From the NCBI GenBank assembly GCA_951406725.2, contig OX597828.1:64232001-64296000 (forward strand): 64,000 nucleotides of DNA. The letters are read 5' to 3'. Within the stretch, counting starts at the first letter, position 1; each line of letters opens with the position of its first letter. Made by a program: the position numbers and the translations under genes. The stretch comes from Octopus vulgaris (Eukaryota). A model generated the notes under the pieces. The model had not been told where the DNA came from. It did no database searches and saw only the letters and a program-made list of their open reading frames with translations. Below, piece after piece: positions 28,031-41,470 of this stretch.

Positions 28031-29027
28031 AAAGCGCAGCATAGTCATAGAGAAATATATCCGTCATAATCAGCACTATGTCCAAAATTCATAAAGATCG
28101 CCTGATTCGGCTATTTGATTTGATTCGGCAATTTGAACGAATGTATTAGAGTAGCCATTGAATTGGTGTAATAAAAGGATACCTAAGATTATTTGTACAA
28201 ATTTGTTCTAAAATGCAGCTTTTCTTTGATGACTTATATGTCTTTTTCTAAATTCATACAAATCACACACTGAGCCTACTCACGTAAATACAATTGAGCT
28301 ACGGCATAATGAACAGACTACACTTCAGAATCTATCATGGCAGGTTATAATACCAAACTCTGATATAAATAGTAAATAGTTTCATTATATAGTCATAGGC
28401 AATAAATGTATTCAGCAGATTTCACTCTTTACAAATAGCAGAATCACTAGTTTAATGAAGCTATGACAATTGATAAATACGAATTCGGAAGAAAAAATGA
28501 ATACAATAAAGTAAAGTAAAAACAATAATATCAAACAATAAAAAATAAAATAAAAAGGAATAAGTTTTTTCAAAAAGATTTGCGTTCTAAAGATTTAGCT
28601 GAGCATCCATCAGTATTTAGATGAATAAATCTTATGACAAAAATAAAGAAGAGAAAATGCTGAGTAAAAGAATAAACAAATAGAATAAAAAGAATGGGGA
28701 GAATGAGGGAAAAAAAAGGATTTTAAGACTGAAACAGGATTGCAGGTTTGTTAAAGACAATGCTTTTGATTTAGTCGAGTTGCATAGGGAGAGCGACCTC
28801 ATCTGTTGGAATGCCACGCACGGCCGAGGAGCAGAAACGGCATTCGAAGATCACTGATAACAGAACCAACTTATACACACATACCAGATGAATATTTATG
28901 CATAAAACCTTCACATACACGCGCTCACTCACAAATACCAGTTCGTAGACAAAATACTAAGCAGGAATTTCATAAGTAGTAGAAGTTCATCTTCTTTAAG
29001 TGATCAAATCAATTCATATCATGATTC

Positions 29028-29088
<61 letters not shown>

Positions 29089-29235
29089 AGTAGTTGAATG
29101 AATTATCCTAGTATGGATAATTCGGTTAACCGATACTCGGGTAGCAAATTCACGTCAGAAAAACACGGTTGGACACCGTGTGGGCAGTCATCTAAAAGTT
29201 TTTGTTCATCATGATGCTGACATAAGTTCCTTGTC

Positions 29236-29314
29236 TTTCCTGATGAGAAGGCGGCATAATGCACCCCTTATTCCTTCGAAATTAGGAATATGCAGTCTTC
29301 GAAACATGTCGAGA
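29236..29314 (+). ncRNA. Type I hammerhead ribozyme, canonical core, long stem II
   Basis: TTTC-CTGATGA-GAAGGCgGCATA...TATGCaGTCTTC-GAAAC-AT-GTC-GAGA, inside a ~275-bp element (29086-29360) between (TA)n tracts. Confidence 0.7.
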
Positions 29315-29369
29315 ATAAAGGAATTTTGTTAAATCATCGTTCAACTCCATTCTTTCATTTATATATATA

Positions 29370-29440
<71 letters not shown>

Positions 29441-29444
<4 letters not shown>

Positions 29445-30091
29445 GAAATATGTTACAAAAAGAAAATATAAAATACACGTGGAAATGTAAGGGTAAATTA
29501 TGAAAAATCAACGAAAATGCACATTGCAAATAAAAAAAAAGCTATTTATGACAGGTAACGACAAATATATACATTTAGATGGTAGTAATAAGAGTCATAA
29601 AAGTCATTATTATGAGATGATTATAAGGTGATAATAAAGTAAGAGAACAAAGCGAACCATGGTTTCGGCAAAAAGCTATTCATCGCTTTGAAAACACCGG
29701 CTAATACACGGTGTCAGGTCTAATGGTTCCTGAGAAAAATGGTTATTTGTAAGGGAGGTAAGTAGTTCTGGATTTAGAGATGTGAGTGGTGTAGGAAGTG
29801 TATAGGGGTTAGTGGTTTCAATTGAAGAGTTAGTGGTGTTCTGTATTGAGTTGTATGTTCATATTTAGTTGGGGGAGAAATTTATTGATGAAAAATGCCT
29901 CTTTATTCAACCCCATGGTTCGCTTTGTTCTCTTACTTTATTATCACCTTATAATCATCTCATAATAATGACTTTTATGACTCTTATTACTACCTCAGTC
30001 CATCTAAATGTATATATTTGTCGTTACCTGTCATAAATAGCCTTTTTTTATTTGCAATGTGCATTTTCGTTGATTTTTCATAATTTACCCC
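29441..30091 (-). mobile_element. Heavily 5'-truncated Penelope-like element with inverted pLTR
   Basis: IR arms 29491-29662 and 29913-30090; spacer encodes LNKEAFFINKFLPQLN (GIY-YIG ORF C-terminus); damaged HHR at 29648-29690; (TA)n flanks. Confidence 0.8.
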
Positions 30092-30193
30092 ATATATATA
30101 TATATATGTTCAGAGATCGCCATGTTGATTCGTTAGTTACTGCACGCATTTTTTTTTCTCTCCTTCTTTCTGTGTTTTTTTTCTCTCTGTGTA

Positions 30194-30231
30194 TCTTTCT
30201 GTTGAAGAGCGTAGGCTCGAAACGTTAAAGA
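30194..30231 (+). ncRNA. Minimal hammerhead-like motif (CTGTTGA core)
   Basis: TCTTT-CTGTTGA-A-GAGC-gtag-GCTC-GAAACGTT-AAAGA; same architecture as 9909-9943. Confidence 0.5.
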
Positions 30232-30597
30232 CTTGTTTTATTTATATTTCCTGAGCGCCATACTAATACAATTGTTTGTTTGTTTTCCACCTGCCTTCGT
30301 CTTTTGTCTATTTTCATAAAGCTTCCCGTTATATATATGTTCACACGCATACATATACAAATCATATTCACACACATACAATAATTCATACACTATCAAG
30401 CTACCCTACTATCAATCCTAAGAGTTAGGATACACAATACTGAAATTAAGGGTACATATTCCCTAAAGGGCAACGACATTTCCAAAAGCGAGGAATCAGA
30501 TATAATCAAATAAAACACAGGAAGCATAAATCTAAAAGTAAAAATAAGGGAGCAACATTTAATCGTCAACTATGAAGGATTATCAGCGCACCTGAAG

Positions 30598-30785
30598 ACG
30601 GCGAACTGGTAGCCTCCTTACCGCGCCGGATAAAATGCCTTCCAAATTTACGTTCTGAATTCAAGTGCCACCGGGGTCGACTTTGCCTTTCATAGTTTGG
30701 GGGTTGATAAAAGAAGTACAAGATGAACACTGGGGTCAACGTGTTCAACTTATAACCTCCCCACGAAATTGTTGGCCTTGAGTCA
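30598..30785 (+). mobile_element. SINE family B
   Basis: GGCGAACTGGTAG head, TTTACGTTCTGAATTCAAGTGCCACCGGGGTCGACTTTGCCTTTCAT. Confidence 0.7.
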
Positions 30786-30867
30786 GAATTCGAAATCCTT
30801 GTTAGCGTACTCAAGTTCGCACCAACAGTTACACACATAAGTATACGTACGTACACACACACACACG

Positions 30868-30899
<32 letters not shown>

Positions 30900-31113
30900 T
30901 ATATACTTATATATATACTTATATATATACATACATATATTTATATATACATATATATATACATATATATATACATATATATACATATATACATACATAT
31001 ATATATACATATATACATACATATATATACATATATATATATACATATATATATACATATATACATACATATATACATACATATATACATACATATATAC
31101 ATACATATATACA

Positions 31114-31172
<59 letters not shown>
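30868..31172. repeat. Compound (TA)n/(TACA)n tract
   Basis: Seen directly. Confidence 0.95.
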
Positions 31173-31174
<2 letters not shown>

Positions 31175-32652
31175 CATCCTCTAAGACAAATGTAAAACTA
31201 TACTATAATCATGTGATTTGTAGAAACGTGCGTGGCGATGCATTAAAGGTTTATAAATTCCTAGCAAGGATTATTATTGCTATATTTATTCTACATTGCA
31301 TCGGTATAATTCAATGCCCCCGGCATTATGTAATCATTTTAATAGCAAACTATATCTTTTAATATTTTTTAATTGTAAGTTTTGTATTTTATCATATAAA
31401 CCTTAACATGACTATGTTACTTCAATGATAAGCTTCTAACTTCTATAATTATATAAATTCCCTATTCTGTTGTTATTCTCTCTCCCTCCATCTTTGTATT
31501 TTCCTCTCTAAAATAAATCCCGACTTCTGGTATAGAAGCCAACCTAATTAATATTAATTGGAAGCAATTTTTTTTTTGCAAATTACGATATATTGAGCTC
31601 TTTTCTATGCTCTTTGTAGGCTTTGACGTATTCCCATCTTACTTTATTTTATAGTTTTAACCTGAATTATTCTCTTCTTACCACTCTTTGTTCTATTTAT
31701 TTGTTCTCTTTCCGTTATCTAAATTTTCTCCAGGAATGCTGCAATTTTGAAATTTTTGACCAATTGATTTTGTTTACCTTTGTTCAACTCAATATAAATT
31801 TTAGGGGTGCTAGCCTCTATTATCGTACGTATATTTAAGCATTTATTTTATCTTATTTTTTACTTGCCCATTTCTGTATAATATCTGATTCTATCTCTAT
31901 TAAACACCATTGAACTTAATAAACTTCTAAGCGTGACCATATATAATAATCAAAATATATATTAATTAACTTTAACATTAATTCATATAAACTGAAGTTC
32001 TCCCATTACTTCTTTTCGGTTAATTCAAATCTTATCTATTAATTTCGCACAGAACGTTTAGCACGTCTTTTGCATATGATTAATTAATTATATTTTGTGT
32101 ATAGATGTGTGTTCCCTTATGTTTTATGTTTATACTTACATAAAAAGAAATGCTCACTTGTCCACTCAATAACATATTCTATATTTTGTTTCATTATTCT
32201 ATTATTTTAGGCTTCTTGCATTTTTATTTCATCTCTTTTGTATTTTTACCTTATTGTAATGCACCTAAAACAATGCACTCTTATTAGTTCACTACAATAC
32301 TATATTACATTAATTTGGGGATGTCCTGTGGGACGACTTAGATAGGATATATTAATTCTAAATCCTGCTTATCTATAATGTTAATAACCATTTAAAATAT
32401 ACTATCACATTCTTATAACCATCTTCACAATTTCTTTTATTTAATACTCTAGAGAGATATATTGTTTTAATATCATATCCTATTTTTTTATTTTATTTTA
32501 TCATATCTCTATAATAACTTCAATAGATATACTACCTTCCTGCCCCTTTGTACGGTTCATACCATTCTCTTTCTGTATACCATTTATCAGTTAACGGTTT
32601 GGAACCGTCAACACAACAGACCGGAACATGAAAATGTAAGGGTATATCTTTA

Positions 32653-32749
32653 GCCAACTTCGATGAGGTTTAGCTTTAATATGTTTTTATTTATGCTAAT
32701 TAATTTATTTCTAAAGTATTGAATCGAAACAGCTGTCAGAGAAGATGGC
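32653..32749 (+). ncRNA. Damaged hammerhead-like motif near the end of an AT-rich insert (31173-32945)
   Basis: TCGATGA-GGTTTAG...TTGAATC-GAAAC-AGCT-GTC, with outer pairing GCCA.CTT/AAG.TGGC; a second decayed motif at 31173-31242. Confidence 0.45.
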
Positions 32750-32944
32750 CAATTTTATAATTAATAAATAATTAGTAATTCATTTATCTCTTTATTTGCT
32801 TTTTTCTTAAAAAATGATTTATCCAATTTCCTTGCAGTTGAATATTAATTGTAATATTCAATATTTCTTGTAATAGGTAATAAACCAATATATTCATTTA
32901 GTGTTATTGTCCCTTAATGAGATTTGTAACCTTTATTTGAACAT

Positions 32945-32973
32945 TATATATATACATGCATATCTATATATGC

Positions 32974-33020
<47 letters not shown>

Positions 33021-33068
33021 TATATACATATATGTATATATATATATATATATATGTGCATATATACA

Positions 33069-33110
<42 letters not shown>

Positions 33111-33184
33111 TATATACATATATGTATATATATATATATATATGCATATATATATATGTATATATATATATATGCATATATACA

Positions 33185-33245
<61 letters not shown>

Positions 33246-33247
33246 GC

Positions 33248-33327
<80 letters not shown>

Positions 33328-33328
33328 T

Positions 33329-33364
<36 letters not shown>

Positions 33365-33386
33365 CATACATATAAACACACACATA

Positions 33387-33424
<38 letters not shown>

Positions 33425-33428
33425 TATA
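32945..33428. repeat. ~480-bp interrupted (TA)n tract
   Basis: Seen directly. Confidence 0.95.
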
Positions 33429-33452
33429 CCGGAGTAAACACATAAATGTTTT

Positions 33453-33505
33453 AACAAAACTGTCCGACGAACGGGAACGTGAAACTCCGTGTAACAGGTT
33501 TTGTT
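33453..33505 (+). ncRNA. Hammerhead-like motif (CCGACGA core, GGAA-capped stem II) filling a ~100-bp insert in (TA)n
   Basis: AACAAAACTGT-CCGACGA-ACG-GGAA-CGT-GAAAC-TCCGT-GTA-ACAgGTTTTGTT; 11-bp stem I with one bulge. Confidence 0.7.
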
Positions 33506-33582
33506 GAATTTCTGCTGCTTTTAAATAAAGTATATATATATATATATATATACACGTATATATATATGGATATATATATATA

Positions 33583-33616
<34 letters not shown>

Positions 33617-33626
<10 letters not shown>

Positions 33627-33770
33627 TATTAGAGACAAAACCACTATTTTGCAAAACAAACAAGGAAAGACTTAATCAATACATAAAATTTTAATAAATT
33701 TTATGTATTGATTAAGTCTTTCCTTGTTTGTTTTGCAAAATAGTGGTTTTGTCTCTAATAATATTTTATA
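33617..33770. repeat. Perfect palindrome with 75-bp arms and 4-nt loop, plus ~80-bp tail, in (TA)n
   Basis: 33617-33691 is the reverse complement of 33696-33770. Confidence 0.9.
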
Positions 33771-33848
33771 ATATTTTACTATAAAATTGGATTTAATCCT
33801 AAATCTGATTTTTTCCCTGTAAATTTGGATTTATTCCCTAATATTTAT

Positions 33849-33893
<45 letters not shown>

Positions 33894-33895
33894 CA

Positions 33896-33945
<50 letters not shown>

Positions 33946-34117
33946 TGTTTTACGATGAAAGTAAACAAACGAAATTTGCTTTAGAAGCGTTGAGATGTCT
34001 TGGAAAGTTAAAGTGATTTTTAAAAAATTCCCAAACGTAGGATAAGGCTAATGATAAAGCCTGAACAGAATAAACTACTCAGATTTTGCAGAAAAAAAGG
34101 TGTTGGCGGCCAAACCT

Positions 34118-34256
34118 CTTTTAGTTTCCGTCTGCCAAAACCACTCAAAAGGTTTCGGTCGGGCCGGGGCTATAGTAGAAACCCAAGGTGCCACGAAGTG
34201 GGACTGAAACGGTACCATATGATTGGGAAGCAAACTTCTTACCACACTGCCACGCT
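34118..34256 (-). mobile_element. 5' part of SINE family A
   Basis: Reverse complement GTGGCAGTGTGGTAAGAAGTTTGCTTCCCAATCATATGG...TTCAGTCCCACTTCGTGGCACCTTGGG. Confidence 0.8.
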
Positions 34257-34275
34257 TGTGCACACACACAGCCAT

Positions 34276-34344
<69 letters not shown>

Positions 34345-34404
34345 CACACACACCAAATTAATATAAACAGCAGTTAGCAATGTTTCACCAAAAACGAGAA
34401 ATAC

Positions 34405-34915
34405 CAATGTCATTAAATGTGATTAAGGTGTTAAGAAACACGTACATTGCTTGAAATAAGAGCTAAACCGCTCTAATTCACATGAAGGAAAACCCATATA
34501 CTAATATGGACCATAATCATCCGAAATTCTTGATACTGATGCGTCAGTTTCGGCAATTTCCGTTCGCTCATCAGTTAAGTCCGCTCACCTTTTTGGTTCA
34601 TATTAATTTTATATACACACACATTAGCAAATCACTAAATCATCCATTTATTTGGATGAGGAAAGCATAAATACTAATGGCCAAGCGAATGAGGAAAGAG
34701 CCGAACACTCGAGCGGTCTTCATTGACGAGGCAATGAAAAATGCCGAAACTGACGCGTCAGTTTTAAGGATTCTCGATCGTCCCTTTTCGGAGGATTATG
34801 GTCCCTGTTAATGTTTGTGTCTTCATTCATGTGCGGTAACTACTGCACTAGAGCGGCTTAGCTCTTATGTCTTGCAATGTAGATGTTTCCTAACACCATA
34901 GTCACACTTAGTGAT
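34405..34915. mobile_element. Diverged inverted pair of HHR-bearing repeats
   Basis: Arms ~34405-34586 and ~34711-34915; HHR on minus at 34529-34579 (CTGATGA...GAAACTGACGCATCAGTA) and on plus at 34718-34768 (TTGACGA-GGCA...TGCC-GAAACTGACGCGTCAGTT). Confidence 0.7.
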
Positions 34916-34928
34916 ATATATTCATATA

Positions 34929-35030
<102 letters not shown>

Positions 35031-35391
35031 TGTGTGAGTGAGCGCGCGTGTTAATATTTATTGATGAATAATCTGAAATGTGTAAATAGAATTTAAAACT
35101 TGAAGATTTATTTCTCTCCAGATTTATTCAAATGATTTCAACAAGTTTAATCAAACCACTGCATGCGTATGTGATTGTGTATAGGGGTTCTGTGTGTGGA
35201 GATTTCTATGTACCTTTACATACATAAATACATATATGTATATTCAAATATATTCATATATATATATATATGCATATATATTCATATATATATACATATA
35301 TATTCATATATATATATACATATATATTCATATATATATATACATATATATACATATATATATACATATATATGTATATATATATATACAT

Positions 35392-35510
35392 ATCATGTGA
35401 TTACGTGACCGACCAGACCATCAGATGTAGTTACACATCGCTGGTCACAATGCGTTCGCATTGTTTTAGCCTTCGAATGACGCCACCCCGCTGGCTAAGC
35501 GAGCAGGCCG
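35392..35510 (-). mobile_element. 3' fragment of an octopus-type SINE/RTE-derived tail
   Basis: GC-richer 120-bp island in (TA)n; family call rests on recalled octopus SINE sequence only. Confidence 0.45.
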
Positions 35511-35585
35511 ATATATATATACATATATGCATATATATATATACATATATATACATATATGTGCATATTTATGCATGCATACATA

Positions 35586-35664
<79 letters not shown>

Positions 35665-35669
35665 ATATA

Positions 35670-35793
35670 CAGGGAGATTCAAAAGTCACCATATATAGGA
35701 AAATTAATTTTTTTTATAAGAAACAGTTAAATAAAAAAAACTATTTCCTATAAAAAAATAAATTGTTCTTATGGCAACTTTTGAATCACCCTG
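35670..35793. mobile_element. Tc1/mariner-type MITE
   Basis: TIRs CAGGGAGATTCAAAAGTCACCATA / TATGGCAACTTTTGAATCACCCTG with TA on both sides. Confidence 0.85.
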
Positions 35794-35798
35794 TATAT

Positions 35799-35857
<59 letters not shown>

Positions 35858-36598
35858 AAGGTACTATTATTCGTAGGTACCGCACGCTAGGAGGGACTTT
35901 TGCAGTCAAAACTACTAAAATAAACAAATTGTACCGAATGCAAAACTTCAAAGCGAGTCATTTAAAAACAGAATTTAGTTACATATCACCTGTATATGTA
36001 ACATAAATACATATATATATATATATATATATGCATACATGTATATATATTTTCGTAAACGCATTTACAATCACACATACACTCACGCACATATATATAT
36101 ATATATAAATATACATACTCACACGTGTGCGGCTCAGTCTGTCAGGGTAGAAATAAATAAAAGTTTGAAGGAGTTGGTCAGTGAGCGAAAGAATGAGCAA
36201 ATGTCAAGAAGAATTGATGAATAAGTTTAATAACGAAGAAGGAATAATGAATAAGAGAATGAGTAAATATTTGAATACGCGATTGTCTTACGGATTCAAT
36301 GAATGAAAGCGAGGAAGATTCACTGAATGATAGAATGAATGAGTAAATATTTGAATGAGGATGTCAGTGAACGAATAAGGGAATAGGTGAAAATGTGTGT
36401 AAAGAATGAGTGAAGAACACACTGAAAGAGAAGGGGCTCTGTGTATGTCCCTTAGTGTTTGAAAAGGTGTCGCACCTGTAGTCCCCTAATAGGACCCCCT
36501 TGACAACAATGGAGAATGTGATCCCATCAGAAAAGAAAGGGATAAGAGGGCAAAAATGAAACGTTTCCCTTTGTGTTTGTGCATGTGGGTGCATGAAT

Positions 36599-36650
<52 letters not shown>

Positions 36651-37015
36651 ACATGTATATTTGTGTGTGTATGAATGCATGCATACATATTTACATAAAT
36701 ATACACATTTATGTATACAGCTATTTGTAAATGTACACATATGTAGGTGTACACATGTAAAATATACATATATATGCACATATATACATATATATATATA
36801 TAGATATAGATATGATTGCATATATGCATATTATGTATGTATGCATGTATACACTGATTTATGTATATCTGTGTGTGTATATACATTAAAAAATACATAA
36901 ATACACATGAAAATGTATGTATATGTGTGTGCATATATTTACACGCATATATATACACACGTACGTATTATCTATAAACACACGCTTGTGCAAATATACG
37001 CACATTCACACACGG

Positions 37016-37076
<61 letters not shown>

Positions 37077-37420
37077 TAAACATACATACATACATACATA
37101 CATACTTTGTATCATTCACGGAGCAAAATACAACCAGGCAAACGAATGGCCAGCGAGAGACACACAGACACACACACGTATAGGCCGAGCCTTTCATACA
37201 AAATCGCACAAGACACACATACGCAGTTTCAGAAACGATATTCGCATTTCGCTCACACACACACACGCACATCCAGACACACACATCCAGACACGCACGC
37301 ACACACACAAAAGCCACCCAGCACTAGAAGTTCTGGTTAGGGTGGAATAGAAAGGTAAGAGTTGTGAAGCTGCAGGTGGTGCACACTGGGTAGCCAGAGC
37401 TGTCATTAGAAGTGGACCCT

Positions 37421-37451
<31 letters not shown>

Positions 37452-37813
37452 AAGAAGAAGAGGAAAAGATTTCACTGCAATAGCAGTAGTAGCGGTGGTG
37501 GTGGTGGTGGTGGTGCGTTTGTTTTGGGTCTTGACTAACACTGGGGGTGGGTAGTAGTAGGAGATGGAGAGAGAAGAGAAGAGTTATTAGAAGAAGAAGG
37601 AGGAGGAGGGGTGGAGAGATAAGAACGGTCATCGTGTTGTTGATGTTTGAGGTGATTGTGGTGGTGATGGTGGCAGTCCTGGTGGTGGTGCTGCTGATGG
37701 TAGTGACGGTGGTAGTAACGGTGATATAGTAATGGTGATGGTGGTGATTAATGTAGTAATAGAGGCTAATTGCCCACGCGCGCACGCACACACACATACA
37801 TACATACATACAC

Positions 37814-37864
<51 letters not shown>

Positions 37865-38209
37865 ATATGTGTCTTGAATGGCGCAACAGTGCACTTTATT
37901 AACAACTACGGACTATAATAACTTTTTATAATTTAATCATTCATAGTCTGATACGATATTTCAGAATATAGAAATTCCTTCTTCAGATATCCCTAGGAAT
38001 TGATGGAATCACTGCTATAATCGGTTTTCCAGCGATTAAAATTTTTTTTCCGGAAGCGTCTCTGCAGTGGTCTGACGAATCTCCTTCCGGAATTCCTCAT
38101 GAGAATGGCGTGAGGGCAGCCACGTCTCAAACTTGTGTGCTGGCACATCCGTAGCGCTGCTTCGAAGTTACAAACAATACACAATGCTTCAAGCGAACTA
38201 CAATACTCT

Positions 38210-38313
38210 CCAGGTCAGGACAGGCTTATCGATCATTTTGAATAGTTTAATTTTAGTAAATGATTAATTAAATTAAATGACCAAAATGATCTGATAAGCC
38301 TGTCCTGCCCTGG
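38210..38313. mobile_element. ~100-bp hairpin MITE
   Basis: ~31-bp IRs CCAGGTCAGGACAGGCTTATC-GATCATTTTG / CAAAATGATCTGATAAGCCTGTCCTGCCCTGG; no TSD seen. Confidence 0.65.
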
Positions 38314-38741
38314 TTTTGTTCTCCTTTTCCTTTAATTTATACTTGCTGACTCGGAAGCCTGCTACGGATCCCTAGCTCCAGCATCCGTTGTGAACCTGCA
38401 TCCTAATGGATTACCCATTACAGTACTAACGCAGCGTACCTATTGGTTTAGATCATCATTGACGTAAACCTTTCCGATTCTTTTTCATATATCTACATGT
38501 ACACACACACGCGATAAATGGCTGTCGTCTTTTCTGTGTGTGTGTGTGTGTGACTATATTTCTCTTTATATAAAACTTTTTGTCCGTGTGTCTGTCTGTT
38601 CCCTATGCATTCTCAAACGGCTCTAACAAATCAAATCAAATTTTACAAGGTAATAGTATTACACCCCGCGAGTGTCAACATATAATTTTTATCTTCATCT
38701 GGATTGAAACAATTTAACAATTTCTCGAGAATAATATTTCT

Positions 38742-38916
38742 ATATTTTATTATGTCTGGGGAAAGTCATTTTCTTTTAGTGCCTTATTAATTTAACTCAC
38801 TGATTTCCACTCATTTACTTATTTAGTAAAAATAAATTAATAAATGAGTGGAAATCGGTGTGTTGAATTAGTAAGGCACTAAAAGAGACTGATGCTCCCC
38901 AGACACAATAAAATAT
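38742..38916. repeat. Imperfect ~85-bp-arm inverted repeat; a single arm recurs at ~57945-58028
   Basis: TGTCTGGGG...CTTTTAGTGCCTTA...GATTTCCACTCATTTA versus TAAATGAGTGGAAATC...TAAGGCACTAAAAG...CCCCAGACA. Confidence 0.75.
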
Positions 38917-39254
38917 GCTTCAACGCACGAATTTATATAAAGAATTTTGCAAACCAAATCCCAAAACGAAATCTTTCTATAGTCAACTATACTAGCGGAC
39001 ATTTTATACCACGACGCCGACATCACATTTTGTATATGAGTGTGCATGTGTCTGTGAGTGTGTGTGTCTTTGCGCGTTCGTTACGTACGAGATAGTAAAG
39101 GACATTTTATACGACGACGCATCTATCTTTTTTCATTTTGTCAAACATTCTGTCAACCGTTTACCGTTGTAACGATGTCTGGTACCAAAAATATTATTAC
39201 GGCTACTTTCATTGCTTATAATCTTCTGTACCGGTGTATTTGTGTACACCAACA

Positions 39255-39470
39255 CGAGGCAGTCTTAGCATCGTTCAGCAAGACCTTTGTCAGCCGCTCT
39301 CCAGCTGCCTGTTTAGGGCTGTATATGGCCATGGTGCAGCCACACTTGGAATTTGCATCACCAGTCTAGAACCCCGTTCTTGCTCAGGACATTGAGCTCC
39401 TGGAAACTGTTCAGAGACGGGCAAACAAGCGAATACCCTTCATCAGGAATCTACCATACTCTGAAATGTT
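39255..39470 (+). mobile_element. CR1-group LINE C-terminal fragment
   Basis: LYMAMVQPHLEFASPV*NPVLAQDIELLETVQRRANKRIPFIRNLPYSE. Confidence 0.8.
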
Positions 39471-39786
39471 AGAAAGGATGAGGGATCTAACACCCCTACC
39501 CCTTTTTGCGGCGGGTTTGTAACGCATGCATATTTTGAGATACTCGTAAATTTATGCTATGGAATACTGTCTCTGATGAGAGCAGTAGGTAACATATGTC
39601 TTACTTTAAACTTGAAACACGACCTTTTACACAGTTAACTGAACCTTGTTGGTTCATTATTTTTCTTTTGCTTGCCTACAATATAGAGTGTTAGTCTCAG
39701 AGATTTTACAATGGTAATAGGGACTTTAGCGGCTATTTCTTGCAGTGCGTGGTGAGGCGTAAAGCCGATCCCTTGTTATAATTATG

Positions 39787-39825
<39 letters not shown>

Positions 39826-40203
39826 TGTCAATAATATACACACATATGCATTCATATATACACATATGTGTTTTTGTGTATGTGTGTGTGTGTGTTGACC
39901 GCTTCTGTGTGTGCGTGTCAGGTTAACAATATATATTCAAACGTCACTATATATACATAAATTTTTCTGTACGTGTGCACATTTAAATTAATGTATGTTT
40001 AACTGGTACCTTAAGCATACATCCGTACTTTTGTTAATGCGTGTATAAGTCCGTGACTGCAAATGTATATGGATGTGTGCGTGCACAAGTGAATGTATCT
40101 ACGTATGTAAAAAGGTATTATACTTGTGGGCATGTTTATAGATACATGCCTCTTCATGTGTATGTATGTATATATATACATATATATGTGTGTATATATA
40201 TGT

Positions 40204-40266
<63 letters not shown>

Positions 40267-40650
40267 TACATATATATATGTGGGGTATATATATATATAT
40301 GTATATGTATGTATGTATGTATGTATACATGTACGTGTATCATGGTGTGTGCGTGACTGGATCAGTTAACGTAAATATAGAGAATGGGGTGGTTAAACAC
40401 TCGATATACAAACAAATACATAAAAAAATCTGTATAGTCACACACATACACACACACACACACACACACGCACACACACACAGAAAAGACGACAGCCATT
40501 TATCGTTGGTCACAATGGCTGTCCATGTCAGGACACGTGCAGAATGGCTGAAGTAAAACAACCACCATCAGTGCCACCAGCGACACCGACACAACAACCC
40601 AAACAACAGTAACAATACACATACAAATATAGACATAAGCATGTACTTAC

Positions 40651-40731
<81 letters not shown>

Positions 40732-40874
40732 CACAAATGCATAACTCTTCCTCCCTTCCCCTCCTCTACCTCTTCAACAAGCAGTGAAATTAATATCAAT
40801 GATCGTAGCCCAAGGGTTAAACCCTTCAAAAAATATATATACGTGTGTATGTGTGTGTACGTCCCTATTCTTCT

Positions 40875-40915
<41 letters not shown>

Positions 40916-40955
40916 TATGACCCTCTATATTTTTCTCGGGGGGTATGTATGTGTA

Positions 40956-41029
<74 letters not shown>

Positions 41030-41423
41030 TTTTTTTTTTTTCATATATCATGCCAGGTAAGTTCACCGCCATCAATTAACCGTTTTTGTTGTTGTTTTGC
41101 TTTCAATAAAACAGTTTTTAACTATTAATAGTGAGATACTATGGATAGATTTTCTCAGTAAACTTTCCTCGTGGCGAATTTTCCTCATGGTAAACTTTCT
41201 ACATATATTTCTTAGCTAACTGAAGCTCTTGGTTTAATAGTTACGCAACGAGCTATGCCATAGATAACTAATCATCAGGCAGATATTACTTTAATGAAAT
41301 GAAAGTCACATTGTCACTCGGAATTGAGATTAGCTACGTTGACCATTACTCGTTGTACAGCTATTACATCAACGGTTTCAGCTAAGTAGCGTGCATTTTA
41401 GCGTTCCACCCCTCAATTTGGAT

Positions 41424-41470
<47 letters not shown>

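Noticed and set aside
32901-33694. Long ORFs rich in YI, CV, TH or LSIY here and throughout the track
   Set aside because: They are translations of (TA)n, (TG)n, (CA)n and (TATC)n repeats, which lack stop codons.
39566-39624. CTGATGA-GAG...CTT-GAAACAC hammerhead
   Set aside because: Truncated before the GUH triplet and 3' stem I; at most a relic, not counted.
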